Assembly (NCBI GenBank): GCA_050273025.1
Contig: CP158635.1
Coordinates: 30,442,001 to 30,506,000, forward strand
Direction of reading: 5' to 3'
Length of the DNA: 64,000 nucleotides
Origin: Cenococcum geophilum
Lineage: Eukaryota
The notes below the pieces were generated by a model. The model had not been told where the DNA came from, searched no databases, and saw only the letters and a program-made list of their open reading frames with translations. Of the stretch, positions 24,257-38,103 are shown piece after piece. Numbering within the stretch: position 1 is the first letter of the stretch; each line of letters begins with the position of its first letter. The position numbers and the translations under genes are program-made.

Positions 24257-26294
24257 CGTTACAAGCGGGTTATGTCAGATGTTCTCGGAAACTAACAATT
24301 AATCAAGGAAGGTGCAAGCCTAATTATTTGAGTGGTTTTTGTGTTTGAATGATGTGGGAGGTCTCAGTTGATGGGGAAGAAAGAGGCGGAAGGAGAGGAA
24401 ATGTGGCCTTTTTTGTGAGCACTACTAACGTAAAAGAGTGAAAGGAAGAACTGGAGGCCTATGGAAAATACTTTTCCAAGATCATTCCGTTCCGGTGAAG
24501 ATTAAATATTATGTTCCCTTTAATTTATCCTACTAATATCGACCCCTTGGCCGACGCTCTTTCACCGCAGCCAGTCGAGACCCGAGCTTACACCTATCCA
24601 ATAACCGGGGAAGCAGGTCAACACCACTAGAGCATTCTACATACGGGCATGAGCTAGAACCGTCCTAATCGCTCTTTCCCGTCATCGGTGGAAATTGTTG
24701 AATTGATGGCCCGCATTGGTAGGGGTTCTGGACACACAACAGAGCGCAAGGTCAATGCGAAAGCTTAGAAGAGTCAAGGCAATGTACAAGCTTTCTAATC
24801 GATCGGCACAGACTCCGCTTGTACCCGGGGAGTGACCTCGGTATGCTATTACGATAGTGTGACCGAGCTTTAATGATGCTGGGCCTGGCGGCTAGGACGG
24901 GAAGAAGCAGGCCTCAGTTTGGAAATAAACTGTGGATAAATTTTCGCTGGGGCCGGAATATCGTTAAACTTTATTGTCGCACATAGTCGGAGGTCCTTGA
25001 TCCTCGTACAAGAAGAATGTAAGGCACAGATTTAATGGGACTTGTGAGACTGCTTTTTCATGCCAAGGATTGAGCGAGGAAATGTCTACAAAGAGATGGG
25101 GCTGTAATCGATTTGCGGGTTTAATCCTTGAAAGCATATAGTTGGCGGAAATTTGGAGATTGTACGAAGGTGCTCGGTTTTATTGACGCATAAGTGACAT
25201 CAAAACAATCAACCCAACTACCTATACACCACTAATATAAACCACAAACCCCCTTAAACGCCTGCTAAAACGCACCAAAGGAAGTATAACTATAAGGGTT
25301 ATAAGTCGCGGAAGCTAAAAACTAAAGTAATATAAGTTAAGCCTTATAAATTGAGCGTTTATTATAGACGCGTATCTCCTTAATAATACTTCTTAAAATA
25401 CGACTATAAAGCTCTTTAATACTATTGGTAAAAGGGTAGCACTGGCGCGAGTAGGATCTGGCAATACATACGCCCCTCGCGTCCAACAGGTCTAGACCAC
25501 CGTGTCCGGCAAGTAGCTGTATGTCCTCTAAACATCTCGCTGTATAGCGGGAGGAAAAGTTAGCGGCAGATTGCGTAGGCTGGTGAATTTTCTTCCATTT
25601 AGTGAGAGCGCGTCATGTCAGAGGCCAATGGGGCCGTTGGTATGATGAATGGGGCGGTTTGGAGCAGCTTGAGTGTTTCTTCCGTCTAACTCTTGTAACG
25701 CACATTTAGTTAACCAGATCTTTAATAAGTTATCTCAAATACTGCCGGTGGTTTAGATCCGCTAGGATGGCTAACTTTCTGCTTTTTAAACACAGGTTGC
25801 GATGTTTCGTTCGGTTAAAGTAGACTCTGCTCTGGGCGTTGACGCTTGCGTTGATTGAAGAGTTGTGGTTCGGGCATGACAATCATTGACCATACAATCG
25901 CAAGATTGTCCAAGGTATGAAGATGGAGGTGGGAAGCGGCGCGTATTTTGCGCAATGGATAAAGCTGGATTGCGCTCTTAGGTCTTGGCGGCGGTAAATG
26001 ACACGAGACTGTTGACAATGGGGTCTGATTATGGGAAGGTTAGCGCGAACTGGTCTCTACTGCAATTTCAGGAGCGCGATGCTGGTCCGGAATAACTTCG
26101 GCATTCCCCGTTGTTGCCGAACACGCCAAGAACGTTGCTAAGCTATTGGCCTCTGCACTTGTAACGTCTGACAAGGCAGACAATACTGAGGCTGGAGGAG
26201 CGAGGATTCTCCTCGATAAACGCATTGGGGACGCGAGACTACTGTCTGTTGGTTTAAAATTCACATCCCTCAGCTTCATCCCTATCAGATTATC

Positions 26295-29200
26295 ATGAAT
26301 GGATCGGCTGGCGGACACTTGGACGGGGTGATTCCTCCAGCCGGGTTGACAGTCCTCTTCGATCCCCATAAGCCGTTTCTTGAGTGAGTTTTCTTCCTAG
26401 GTCCGATATATGTTCCGCTGAACAACAAGTATCATATTCATTCACGGATTCACCGGTCATCCCGAAAGGACATGGACTCACAAGAGAGGAGATGTGAGGC
26501 GCCGAAATGAAGACAACGATGGCGAATTGGTCGAACCGCCTTCCAAAGTTCGAAGACTCAATCCGTTTTCGAGGTCGCATCATGAAGGCAGCTCCAATAT
26601 TGCTGTCTATTGGCCGCGAGATCTAGTTCCAGTAACCATACCGTACGCGCGGGTTCTGACATACGGTTACGACACGCATGTGAGACACTGTTTTGGTCCT
26701 CCTGTGAGCAGAAATACCGTTTATGATATCGCGTGGGGTTTTCTGGTCGCTCTAGAGGCTGAACGTCGGCTAGAGCCTTCGAGACCGGTATTATTCATTG
26801 CACATAGCCTGGGAGGAATTATCGTCAAGGAAATGCTTCGACGGTCGAGTGGCTGTCACGGGGGCCAAACTCATCTCCGCGGCGTTTTCGACTCTACAAC
26901 CGGAATCATTTTTTTTGGCACACCGCATGGCGGGGCCGATCCCCGTGGCTTTCTTCAACACATTGCAGAGGCAGTTATCAAAGCTGCCGGGATTCGCGTT
27001 AACGAACAGATCGTCAACACGCTCTTACCATCGGCAGAACGTCTAAGGGAACTGAGAGATGAGTTTAGTCCGATGGCTCATCAACAAGATTGGGTGATAC
27101 ATTCGTTCCAAGAGGAGCTCGGTATCATGGGTCTCAACGGTCACAAGGTACGTTCGCTCCCATGTACTTCTTCTCCTGCTCATAAAGTGTTCAATAGGTT
27201 GTCGAGGATGCATCATCCTATCTGAACTTTCCGTCTATCGAAATTACCGAGCACATTGGACAGAATCACATGGACATGTGTCGCTTCACGGGACTTGATG
27301 ATGTCGAATACAAGAAGGTCGCCGCCGCACTCCATAGAATGACAAGGATGGTCTTCAGGCAGGAGAGGAGAGGAGAGATCCCCACTCTCAATGAAGAACA
27401 GAGACGGACGCTAATTGACTCAATGGGATTCGACCAGATAGATGCTCGTCAGATGACCATCAAGAGAGCGCACGCCAAGACATGCAAATGGCTACTGAAA
27501 AAGTCCGAATACCTAGACTGGCTTGATGCCGTTAAGCTACACGAACATCACGGCTTTTTGTGGATTAAAGGGAAGCCTGGAACTGGAAAGTCGACTATGA
27601 TGAAATTCGCTCTTGGTAATTCCAGGAAGATGATGAACGACAGAATCATCATCTCCTTTTTCTTCAACGCGCGAGGAGCGGACCTGGAGAAGTCCACGAC
27701 CGGGATGTATCGATCGCTGTTGCTGCAACTCCTCGAGCGACTTCCAGAGCTCCAATGTGTCTTTGACTCTCTCGGATTTGCGACGTGGAATAGTAGTGGG
27801 CATCACCAATGGAGCGTCGAATTACTAAAAGATCTCTTCGAACAAGCTATACAAATGCTGCGGCAGTCCTCCGTGATGTGTTTCATTGACGCCTTGGATG
27901 AATGCGACGAATGTCAGATTCGGGACATGGTGACGTTTTTTCAACATCTAGGGGAACTCACCGTCTCAGCCGGGATTCGATTTCAAGTCTGCTTTTCAAG
28001 CAGACACTACCCACATGTCACAATCAGGAGAGGCCTCAGTCTGGTCTTAGAAGGACAAGAGGGACATATTCACGATATTACTAGCTATATCGATAGCGAG
28101 TTGAAAATCGGGCGTGGCAGGCTTGCTGAGCAGGTCAGAGTTGAACTTCAAGAGAAGGCATCTGGGGTGTTTATGTGGGTTGTCCTCGTGGTGGACATAT
28201 TGAATAAGGAGCATGATGGTGGCCGCATACACGCGCTTCGGAAAAGACTCCGAGATATCCCTAGCGATTTGCACGAGCTCTTCCGCGATATTCTGACACG
28301 AGACTACCACAACAGAAACGAACTACTACTGTGTATTCAATGGCTGCTCTTCGCAAGACAACCGTTAAAGCCGGAGGAATTGTACCTTGCTATTCTCTCC
28401 GTCGACCCTCAGGACCTACCAAGATGGGATTCCGATGAGATTGGGATAGACACCATTAAGAAATTCATTCTTAATTCTTCGAAAGGCCTCGCCGAAATCA
28501 CAAAGTCGAAGACTCAAAGCGTTCAATTCATCCACGAGTCAGTGAGGGACTTTCTCCTTAAAGAAAACGGGCTAAGGGCAGTTTGGTCTAGCCTCGGAAG
28601 CAACTTCCAAGGACAAAGCCACGAGCGACTAAAGCAGTGCTGTCTCAACTACATGAGCATCGAAATCGCTACCCATCTGAACATCGACACTCCACTTCCG
28701 AAAGCATCATCGCAAGAAGCCGCAGCCCTCCGGCTGTCGGCAGCTAAAATGTTTCCGTTCCTACAGTACGCTGTACAGAACGTTTTGTACCACGCCGATG
28801 CAGCAGAAGGGGGGGGGGTCAATCAGAAGGATTTTGTTCAGAGCTTCCAGCTTGCCGATTGGATTAACCTGGATAACCTCTTCGAAAGACACGAAATACG
28901 CCGACACACTCCAGATGCGAGTCTTTTATATATATTGGCGGAGAGCAACATGTCAAACCTCATAAGAGTTCACCCATCCAACCTATCCTGCTTCGAAGTA
29001 GAAAATGAGCGTTATGGGCCACCAATTTTTGCGGCGCTAGCTACCGGGAGTGATGAAGCTGTCCGGACATTTTTAGAAACCCAGGTGGAAATCCAGCCCC
29101 AAACGTCTCCGCTTTATGGCCTATGCAAACAGTACTACCAGGATAGAAACAAACGGACCAATTTTGGACGCGACTTCACATTCTCACCGCAAAGGAGTGT

Positions 29201-30731
29201 TCTCTCTTATGTGGCAGAGCATGGCGACGAGATACTCCTTACTTTTCTCTTATCTCAAGGAGAATGTATGCTAGACAGCAAGGACAAGAGCGGTCGGACG
29301 TTGCTATCATGGGCCGCAGAGAAGGGGAACGAGCCGATGGTCAAGCTTCTGCTGGCCAAGGACGGCATCGACCTGAACTCCAAGGACAACACTAAATACG
29401 AACGGACGCCGCTGATGTGGGCCGCGATCAAAGGGCACGAGCCAGTGGTCAGGCTGCTACTGACGAAGGACGGCGTCAACCCGAACTCCAAAGACAGTAA
29501 ATACGGACGGACGCCGCTGTCGTGGGCCGCAGAGAAGGGGCACGAGCCGGTGGTTAAGCTGCTGCTGGCCAAGGATGGCGTCGACCCGGACTCCAAGGAC
29601 ATTGAATACAGACGGACGCCGCTATTGTGGGCCGCGGAGAAAGGGCACGAGCCGGTGGTCAAGCTGCTGCTGGCCAAGGACGGCGTCGACCCGGACTCCA
29701 AGGACAGTGAATACGGACGGACGCCGCTGTCGTGGGCCGCGGAGAGGGGGTACGAGCCGGTGGTCAAGCTGCTGCTGGCGAAGGGCGGCATTGACCTGAA
29801 CTCCAAGGATGATGGATACGGACGGACACCGCTGTTGTGGGCCGCAAAGAACGGGTGCGAGCCGGTGGTTAAGCTGCTGCTGGCGGAGGATGGCGTTGAC
29901 CCGGACTCCCAAGACAAATACGGACGGACGCCGCTGTCGCAAGCCGCAGAGAGGGGACGCGAGCCGGTGGTCAGGCTGCTGCTGGACAAGGACAGCGTTG
30001 ACCCGGACTCCAAGGACACTGAATACGGACAGACGCCGCTATCGTGGGCCGCGGAGAAGGGGCACGAGCCGGTGGTAAAGCTGCTACTGGCCAAGGACGG
30101 CGTCGACCTGGACTCCAAGACCTTTAGATCCGAACGGACGCCGCTAACGTGGGCCGCGGAGAACGGGCACGAGCCGGTGGTGAAGCTACTGCTGGCTAAG
30201 GACGGCGTCGACCCGGACTCCAAGAGCAAGAGCGAACGGACGCCGCTGTCATGGGCCGCGGAGAAGGGGCACGAGCCGGTGGTTAAGCTGCTGTTGGCCA
30301 AGGACGGCGTCGACCCGGACTCCAAGGACACTCAATACGGACAGACGCCGCCGTCGTGGGCCGCGGAGAAGGGGCACGAGCCGGTGGTGAAGCTGCTGCT
30401 AGCTAAGGATGGCGTCGACCCGGACTCCAAGAGCAAGAGCGGACGGACGCCGCTGTCATGGACCGCGGAGAACGGGCACGAGCCGGTGGTCAAGCTGCTG
30501 CTGGCCAAGGACGGCGTCGACCCGGACTCTAAGGATAGTGAATACGGACGGACGCCGCTGTCGTGGGCCGCGGAGAGGGGGTACGAGCCGGTAGTCAAGC
30601 TGCTGCTGGCCAAGGACGGCGTCGACCTAGACTCCCAAGACAAATACGGACGGACGCCGCTGTCGCGGGCCGCAGAGAAGGGGCACAAGTCGGTAGTGAA
30701 GCTACTACAGTCGCGTGACGGTCTGTTTTAA
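26295..30731 (+). CDS. Fungal NLR: SesB-like alpha/beta hydrolase - NACHT - ankyrin repeats
   Basis: Introns at 26384-26429 and 27148-27197 join the ORF pieces in frame. Hydrolase motifs DIIFIHGFTG, AHSLGG and FFGTPHGG. Walker A GKPGTGKS and Walker B FIDALDEC. 14 conserved ankyrin repeats. Start codon is tentative. Confidence 0.93.
29270..30710 (+). repeat. Coding tandem array of 14 near-identical 102-108 bp ankyrin units
   Basis: Recurrent CGGACGCCGCTGTCGTGGGCCGCGGAGAAGGGGCACGAGCCGGTGGTCAAGCTGCTGCTGGCCAAGGACGGCGTCGACCCGGACTCCAAG. Confidence 0.97.
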
Positions 30732-32393
30732 TAACCTACATTTCTACTTAACCACCTCCCCGCCCACCTGCTGCTGACCATTTCCTTGTATACTACTTTG
30801 AGGTGGCAAATAGAAGCCTTTAGAAAGCGGAGAACATTGCTTAGTCGACGGTGATGTGAGTGACGTGTTTGGAGGTATTAACAACGGTTTAAGGCGGGGC
30901 GCGAAGCGCGACGCTGTACCACTCGTGTATCTAAAATTAGGCCCATGGAGAGGTCCACTGATACCCAACTAGTATGCAAGGCGATCTGGCTTCAGGAAAG
31001 TATTCGTTCTTCCTCTGATAAAGAACGTCGTTAGGAATAAATTTCTATCTAAAGAGCGTCCTATCTGCTTCTCATCTACTTCATCACGGCGAATGGTAAC
31101 CGCCCTTAGGTCCTTCTCATGAGAAGCCGCCTCTCAGCTGGCATAGTCCGATCCGGCTCCATTGGGGATAGCTCATATGGCGCAGAATCGATACTGGCTG
31201 GCCCTGACAGTAGGGTCCTGAAGTGGCAATAGATGATGCAGGAAGACTGGTCCAGTGGAGACACGGATTGACCAAAGAGATTCACATCGCTCCAATCCGG
31301 ACCTGAAGACGTTACAAAGGCATGCACGCATGAATCCGCACTACGCAACCAGCGAGGATCACCGTCGTTTGACGCACAACTCGAGAGCTGAGCGGAAATC
31401 GGCACCTATGAGGTCATAGGTATCGATTTCCTTATACAATTGCTATATACACTTAATCTTTAAAGTTGAGCTGCTTAATATAAGGAAGCTAATACTCATC
31501 TTTCTACAGAATGATTATATATCGATTGAATCTATGTAGGTAACACGCATACTTTTGATTCTGGTGTTTTGGTGTACTGCGCACGGTACAATTATCGTAG
31601 GACACTAGAGCTGTGCCCCTACACTTAAAGGTCCGTTCAAGGGAACAGCCAGTAAACCAACAGTAGCGTCCTGCCATCAAGTGATCCGTGCACTAGCAAA
31701 ATAACAATTGGGCATCCCAACTTAATCCAATTGGTTCTATTGGGCTGGATCTTATCGATAACCGTAGGACAAACTGTACTGTTACAAGGGATACTTTGGG
31801 CGTCTAGGAGGTCTATGTCAGGGGGCCTGGAATTTAGGAATACGAAGGATGAAATTTAAATCAACCGTCCTCGCCATAAAACTGTTCGGGTCAGCATCCC
31901 AGACTGACAGAAGCCCTGGTCTACCCATCGAGGTACAAGCTCACCTCTTCCTGTATATGTTTAGCCGCATCTACTGTTAGTAAGTACGAGTTTTGACCCA
32001 GACACTAATAGGCGGTGATAGGAGGAGTAGGTGCCTGATTATCTTACATTCTTGCTAGGCTTGAGTTAGACAGAGTAATTAATACGATCATAAGTCACGC
32101 ATTAAGAATAATTGGCCGTAGCTGCTGTGACTGTAGTTTTGCTTCGTGATATTTTTTAATGTTGCCACCAGGCTTAATATGCAGACTATAGCTAATTGGA
32201 CAAACATATAACGCTCCTGGCGTCAGCATAGAAAGGAACAGGAAACGGCCCGCAACGCCTCCGAAAAAAATGCATATTGATTCTTGTTAGCAATTACCAG
32301 AAACCCCCTTAGACTTTTCGTGCCGCATTCAACTCAATCTGTGCCACTTGAACTTTTATCATGCTAACTACTACTGTTCGTAATCGAAGCAGC

Positions 32394-33554
32394 TTACGCG
32401 TCATCGTCACCAAGGCGGAGAGTGCCCTCGCGGCTAACACCGTTAGACCAGAATCCGCCTAGATCCAAGCTAGTCTCAGGCATTTTTGCGTGGGTGAGCA
32501 GGAGCCAGAGACCGAAGACTACTATAGCAAGGATATCCAAAACGGCATAGGCGATGATCTCACAGTCAACCGACATCTTCCGAGCACCACTCGCGATTCC
32601 CCAAACGCTAGTATTATGAGCATTAACTTCTCTAAAGCAAAAGGGATTACTCACATGGGATACACCGTCCAGACGATGATGGTAAATGCTGTGATAGCGA
32701 CGAAAAATTGGCCGACCTTCGAGCCCTTGGCCTTTGCTTGCGCGCGTCCATTGATAGCCAGGTGCCAGACGACGACAAGGTATGAAATGCAGCCAATTGC
32801 ATACCATCCCCACTTCTGCGGCGTGCCTTCAGAGCCGAAAGCTGCAAACATACCCGCCAAGGTCATAATGACATCGGCAATGATGGCTATCAACAAGTGT
32901 GCACCACTCAGTCCGGCCAGCAAGCCCAAATCAATAATAATAAGAGGTGTTGTCAAGCTCCAGCCAACATATCTTGCCCAGAAGACTTGGCGGTATACAT
33001 CATGGAAAGTATCTGGGACGTGGTTGTGGGAATGTCGGACGCGGACATGGTTGTATGAAACTCCGTGGCCAGTAGCCATGGCAAAGTATGAGAGAGAAGC
33101 GAAGATGGTGATCAAGGTTGTGATGACATAGTAGAGGCGTTTAGACTTCAGGATGTCAGCCTTATGTTCCAGAGCTTGGCCATACCAACAATAAGATATT
33201 TGAAGGGGATCAAGAACAGGGCTTGAGGAAGTGATTGTAGCCAATGTGTTGAAGGGTGTTGAGGAAAGTGAGTAAGCCTTCTTTGATCGACGGCTAGAGG
33301 TTGATATGGAGCCGTAGGTAGATGAAAATGCTACTTACCACAGGGACTCTCCAGGACATACCCACAAACGTTATAGACGAAATGATCATGATCACAAAGA
33401 CAACCCATAGTGCTGTCTTTCCGCTATGGCCAGCATGTTGGTATTCCGGAAGATCAGGAACCACAGTGGGAATTGGAGCAGCGCTTGAGGGGGTCGAGGT
33501 CGGTACCATTATATGACTGGTCTTTACCAGAGCCTGAACGAGGTCGACAACCAT
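32394..33554 (-). CDS. Fungal microbial-rhodopsin homologue (NOP-1/LR-like) lacking the retinal-binding Lys
   Basis: Exons 33554-33339, 33145-32655 and 32607-32394. Seven-TM pattern with SYFAMATG, WARYVGWSLTTPLIIIDL, WTVYP and AVLDILAIVVFG. Confidence 0.9.
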
Positions 33555-35212
33555 GGTGGTATTCTTCAATGAAACGATTAAGTTGTGGACAAGAGTAGTT
33601 TTGATGATTTCGATGCTCAAAGAAAGTTGGAGAGGGTGAGAAGGTTAATAAGGATTGGAAAATGAGGAGAAGCTCCAGGTAGCACGTAAAGATGATGCAG
33701 CTAGCAGCTGGTTACGTTACTGAAAGCTCTCAAAAAGCCTTGGAAAATACAGCAGGGTTCTCCTTGCAATATCTCGTACGTCATTCTCATGACTTTGTGT
33801 ATCACTGTATACAGCTCGTGCTGTTTTCATTGGCTCCCGCCTGAAGCTAAAAATCGAAGCATGATCCATCGCAGCTTTGCCTTAATTCGTGAATCACAAG
33901 GCACGTCAACGGGAATTGCTGTAGTCCTATGTACTCACCGACGACGTGTTTACACACCATCTCCAGGCATCCGCCCTTCCTTTTTAAAGAGATCGGATGC
34001 CTGGTGTTCATATAGGAGGTGATGTAAAAGCAACCTGATTCCATTCTCAAAATCCCATGGAATTTTGACGATGACGAGGGCGATGTGCCTGACGATTCCC
34101 CGCATTCTCTGACCAATCGACTCCTGCGGCCAACGTCGGCTCTCCTGCACAGACCAAAAAATCCTGTCGCATTTCAACCCCGAAAAGAAACCGCACATTA
34201 ACATAGAAGACCCGACACGGCGTCTTGTAGACAGCTGAAACGGTGTATGATTTCAAAACAGGAAAAAAAAAGAAACCGCTTCATGGGACTCGCCGTGACC
34301 TTCACTTGGCTGCAGAGCGTGTCAAGGTGGCACCGTGCATTCTAGCAGATCGAGCCTGCACGCTCACCAAAAACGTAGCGCATACCCACTCTTTCCGATT
34401 TCTCTCTCCCTTGCGTGCTCTAGATCAGTAATAGCGATACGGATTTCCGGAGATACGGTCCCTTCATTCTCTGTTCAGACACAATGGTCAGACGGACTAT
34501 TGAGAAAAGCTTGGACAAACCAAGACACTCTTCTCCTTTTCGAATCTTAGAAACACCACTCACTACCTCTGGGCACTCCACCACTCGCTGCGCCTAGGAG
34601 AGGGCTAAATCATGAAACATAATGCCCCTCGAAAGGGTTAGGGGGATGAAGTGGCCGGCGCGGACAAAATAGATTTTACACTGGATCCTTCTGCAATTTA
34701 ACAGCTCTTCAGCTCCCCATTACCCTTCCAGACGCGGCGATAGAGCCACAGGAAGCCACCCGAGTCGTCGCGCTACCTAGTCTTGAGAGCACAGATGTCG
34801 CCCTGGATGTGTCGAGGCTGTCTACAAGGCTTCTTTCGGAAGGCAGTGGTAGGAGGCGCTGTCTATGAGGCTGTTTCGCAATCGCATTACTGGGGGAAAA
34901 AAAAAGGAAGACTGCCGCAGCTTCGAGTCGCATTCGCGGAGACCGTCTTGTGCCATTTAATGCAGGGTAACAGGGGTGCCTATCTCTGGGCTAGCTGACA
35001 AAAATGGATCAAGGAAAAGCATCGTTAGACCACAAAACCGCGAAGAGAAGCCTCACGGCTTGTCTTTTGCTGGGTGTCTTATTTTGCGACAATAAGTTAT
35101 GTCAAAGCAAGCTGCAAGCAAAGTTTTAAGCAACGAAAAAACTCTTTAAAGCGTATGATGGGTGGGAATGTCAGTCTGCCTGGCTACGCTTAACTTGATG
35201 GCTTGAGGGCTG

Positions 35213-35341
35213 GCCATCAAGGTACTCAACACCAAAATTCCCACCCACCCACCGGGCTCCCCGTTATCACCCTCCTCCACCATGCGATCTCTCACATCTG
35301 CTTACTGACAGGGCTTAAGACTCCAATCCAGCAAGGTACCC
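35213..35341 (+). promoter_or_regulatory. Two putative zinc-responsive (ZafA-type) elements upstream of the ZIP gene
   Basis: GCCATCAAGGTACTC (35213-35227) fits the recalled Aspergillus ZafA consensus DYYVYCARGGTVYYY at 15/15. TCCAGCAAGGTACCC (35327-35341) fits at 14/15. Confidence 0.6.
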
Positions 35342-35615
35342 ACATTTTTACACAACTACCACCTCATCCCCAGCTTTCCTCCTTCCTTCCTCCTTCCTTC
35401 CTCACCCCCCTCAGCTTAGTCTCTGCCACCGACGAAGTCCCTTGGAGCCGCCCACCCAAACCCAGTCTCTATTGCAGCGCCGGGTTGCTGTTTGACCACC
35501 GTGCGACCTTAACAATATAAATATTGTCCGTTTCGTAGCATTACGCCGATATTTGGCCCAAGATATATGCCCGCTTCCTACCCATTGCATTGGCCGTCGC
35601 TGAATCGCAAAAGCT

Positions 35616-36919
35616 ATGGCTGGTGCAGTAGAGATTGCATACCTGGTCGCGCGCCAGGCGGCAGCCACAAATGAAAATTCCACCAACGATCTTACCGGAA
35701 CACCCGGTCACTGCGACTCCAGCAATGCGTATGACGGGAAGTTGGGCCTTCGAATCTCTGCAATTTTCGTGATCTTGATCGGGTCTACTTGTGGTGAGTA
35801 CGCTCTCAGAAACTTCTTACACCGCAACTAAATGCTTTTAAATAAAGGTGCTACTTTCCCCGTCTTTGCGCGACGGCACAAGGGCCTTGGGATCCCCGAC
35901 TGGACTTTCTTCGTAGCAAAGTACTTCGGGTCAGGAGTCATTATTGCAACCGCATTTATACATGTAAGCAGCTATATATCTCGTGCATTCTCAGGGTTCG
36001 ACTTGCTTATAGATATTAGTTACTCGCTCCCGCCAACGATGCACTTACAGACCCTTGTCTAACAGGACCCATCACAGAGTATGCTTGGGCCGAGGGCATT
36101 GCTCTTATTACAGTGATGGTTATGTTCTTTCTGGAGCTAATGACAATGCGATATGGGAACTTTGGCGACCACGACCACGACCCAACAGTCACTGACCACC
36201 ATAATGACAGTAATCATGATGAATTGGATGTTGAAAATCGGAAGCAGTACGGCACAGTAGAACGCGCTCCTTCCACTCATCATACTCCAGGAGATGATCA
36301 TCTCGGCCATGCGAGAGAGCATATAGACAATGCTGACGTCGATCCTCACTGGACAGAAAGAGGAATACTCCCTGAAACCTACTCTGCCCAACTGACGGCA
36401 ATCTTCATCCTCGAATTCGGCGTTATCTTTCATTCGATCTTCATCGGCCTGACCTTGGCAGTTTCCGGTGCAGAGTTCAAAACATTGTATGTCGTGCTCG
36501 TATTCCATCAGACTTTTGAAGGACTTGGTCTTGGATCGCGACTGAGCAGCGTTCCATGGCCAAAATCCAAAAGATGGACACCATACCTCCTTGCTATCGG
36601 TTATGGGATCTCTACGCCTATAGCCATTGCTATCGGTCTCGGGGTGCGCGACAGTTATCCACCGGGATCGCAGACCACTCTCATTGTCAACGGAATATTT
36701 GATTCGATAAGCGCTGGAATCCTTATCTACACTGGCTTGGTTGAATTGATGGCCCACGAATTCATGTTTAGTCCGTACATGCTGAAAGCGCCCATTAAGG
36801 TCGTTTTGAGTGCATTTGGGTTGATGTGTCTTGGAGCAGGTAAGCTTATTCGTAACACTACAATTCTTGAAGCTGACAAAATCATAGGATTGATGGCCTT
36901 ACTTGGAAAATGGGCTTAG
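35616..36919 (+). CDS. ZIP-family plasma-membrane zinc transporter (Zrt1/Zrt2/ZrfB-like)
   Basis: Motifs GLRISAIFVIL, AKYFGSGVIIATAFIHLL, a His-rich loop, LEFGVIFHSIFIG, FHQTFEGLG and MALLGKWA. Three short introns. Confidence 0.95.
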
Positions 36920-37321
36920 GCTAGTATCCACCTTCTTTTGTTTGGAATCAGCCTGATTGTAAGCTCGGACACCTTGTACCCCCTAAACTTGGCCCCGTAA
37001 CCCAATCGGTCACCGCCACTTTGGAAGCTATCTACACCCAATTAAATTAAATTGATCATTCACCCCTATGTGTTATTTAATATATCGACCTTGGCCTTTC
37101 TACCTAGCGCCTTTTAAGGTTTTAATTTTAGCTCCTTTACCCTTATTTTAGCCTCGTCCTTCTCTACCTCCTTTATATCTTTCTTAATTAAATTAATATT
37201 TATAAACTTTATATTTAAGTCTATAGCTACTTACCGATAAATCTTTAGGCCTTTAAAGTTCTTAAGCTATAACTATAAGCTATAGATTTAAGTATTTTTA
37301 TATATAGCTTTTATAATAGGT

Positions 37322-37660
37322 TATTTGTAACGTGGCCCGCCTCCACGTCGCCATACGGCCAAAAAGACTGAGAGTGCTTGCGAACTTGTCGCAAGCGCGG
37401 CGGGACCTAATATATATACTCTTACATTATTTAAGTTATTAACTTACTTTTTATAAAAGTAATTAGGTTTTTTTAATTAGGTATATACTTATTATAAAGG
37501 CTTTAAATTATCTAATATATACTATAAAGCCCTTTTTAAATAGCTATAATATTGTAAGAGTACATATATTAGATCCCGCAACTGTCGCGATAGATTCGCG
37601 AGTACTGTCCGTCTGTCTTTTTAGCCTTATAGCGACGTGGAGCAGGATACGTTACAAATA
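37322..37660. mobile_element. Diverged MITE-like element with ~105-bp TIRs inside a RIPed AT-rich patch
   Basis: TATTTGTAACGT...CTCCACGTCGC...CTAATATATATACTCTTACA is mirrored by TGTAAGAGTACATATATTAG...GCGACGTGGAG...ACGTTACAAATA. Confidence 0.7.
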
Positions 37661-38103
37661 TTAAGCTAATGACTTCTAGTTTACTTAAAGCTTAAAACCT
37701 TATTTAGAGTTTTATTTTTAATCTATAAAGATTTAAAGCCTTATATAGATTTTATGGATAAATATTAAAAGTATACTACCTGGATTTAATTATCCTTACT
37801 ATCCATGCAACGTTGGTGTCTTACTGCAGGTGGTCCGTGCGGAACACCAGAATCAGAGCTGCGCGGAATTCCGTTCTGTAGGAAGGGCGATTGATAGAAC
37901 GCCTATCCCAAACGAATCTCTACCAAGGATTGAGTGTAGATATTAAAACATACACATGTTGAGCTTTATATTCCTTATCACGGCTCTAAGATCCTAACGA
38001 TCTAATGCTGGAGCTTATCGATAAGAATAGGACACGAATCAACGTTGCAAGGGATAGGAGTTAATTGCTGGTGTTAGTGTATAATTCATCGTGGCTTCTT
38101 GTA

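Noticed and set aside
29255..30688. Long antisense ORFs (358 aa and 118 aa) over the ankyrin array
   Set aside because: Shadow frames of a GC-rich coding tandem repeat.
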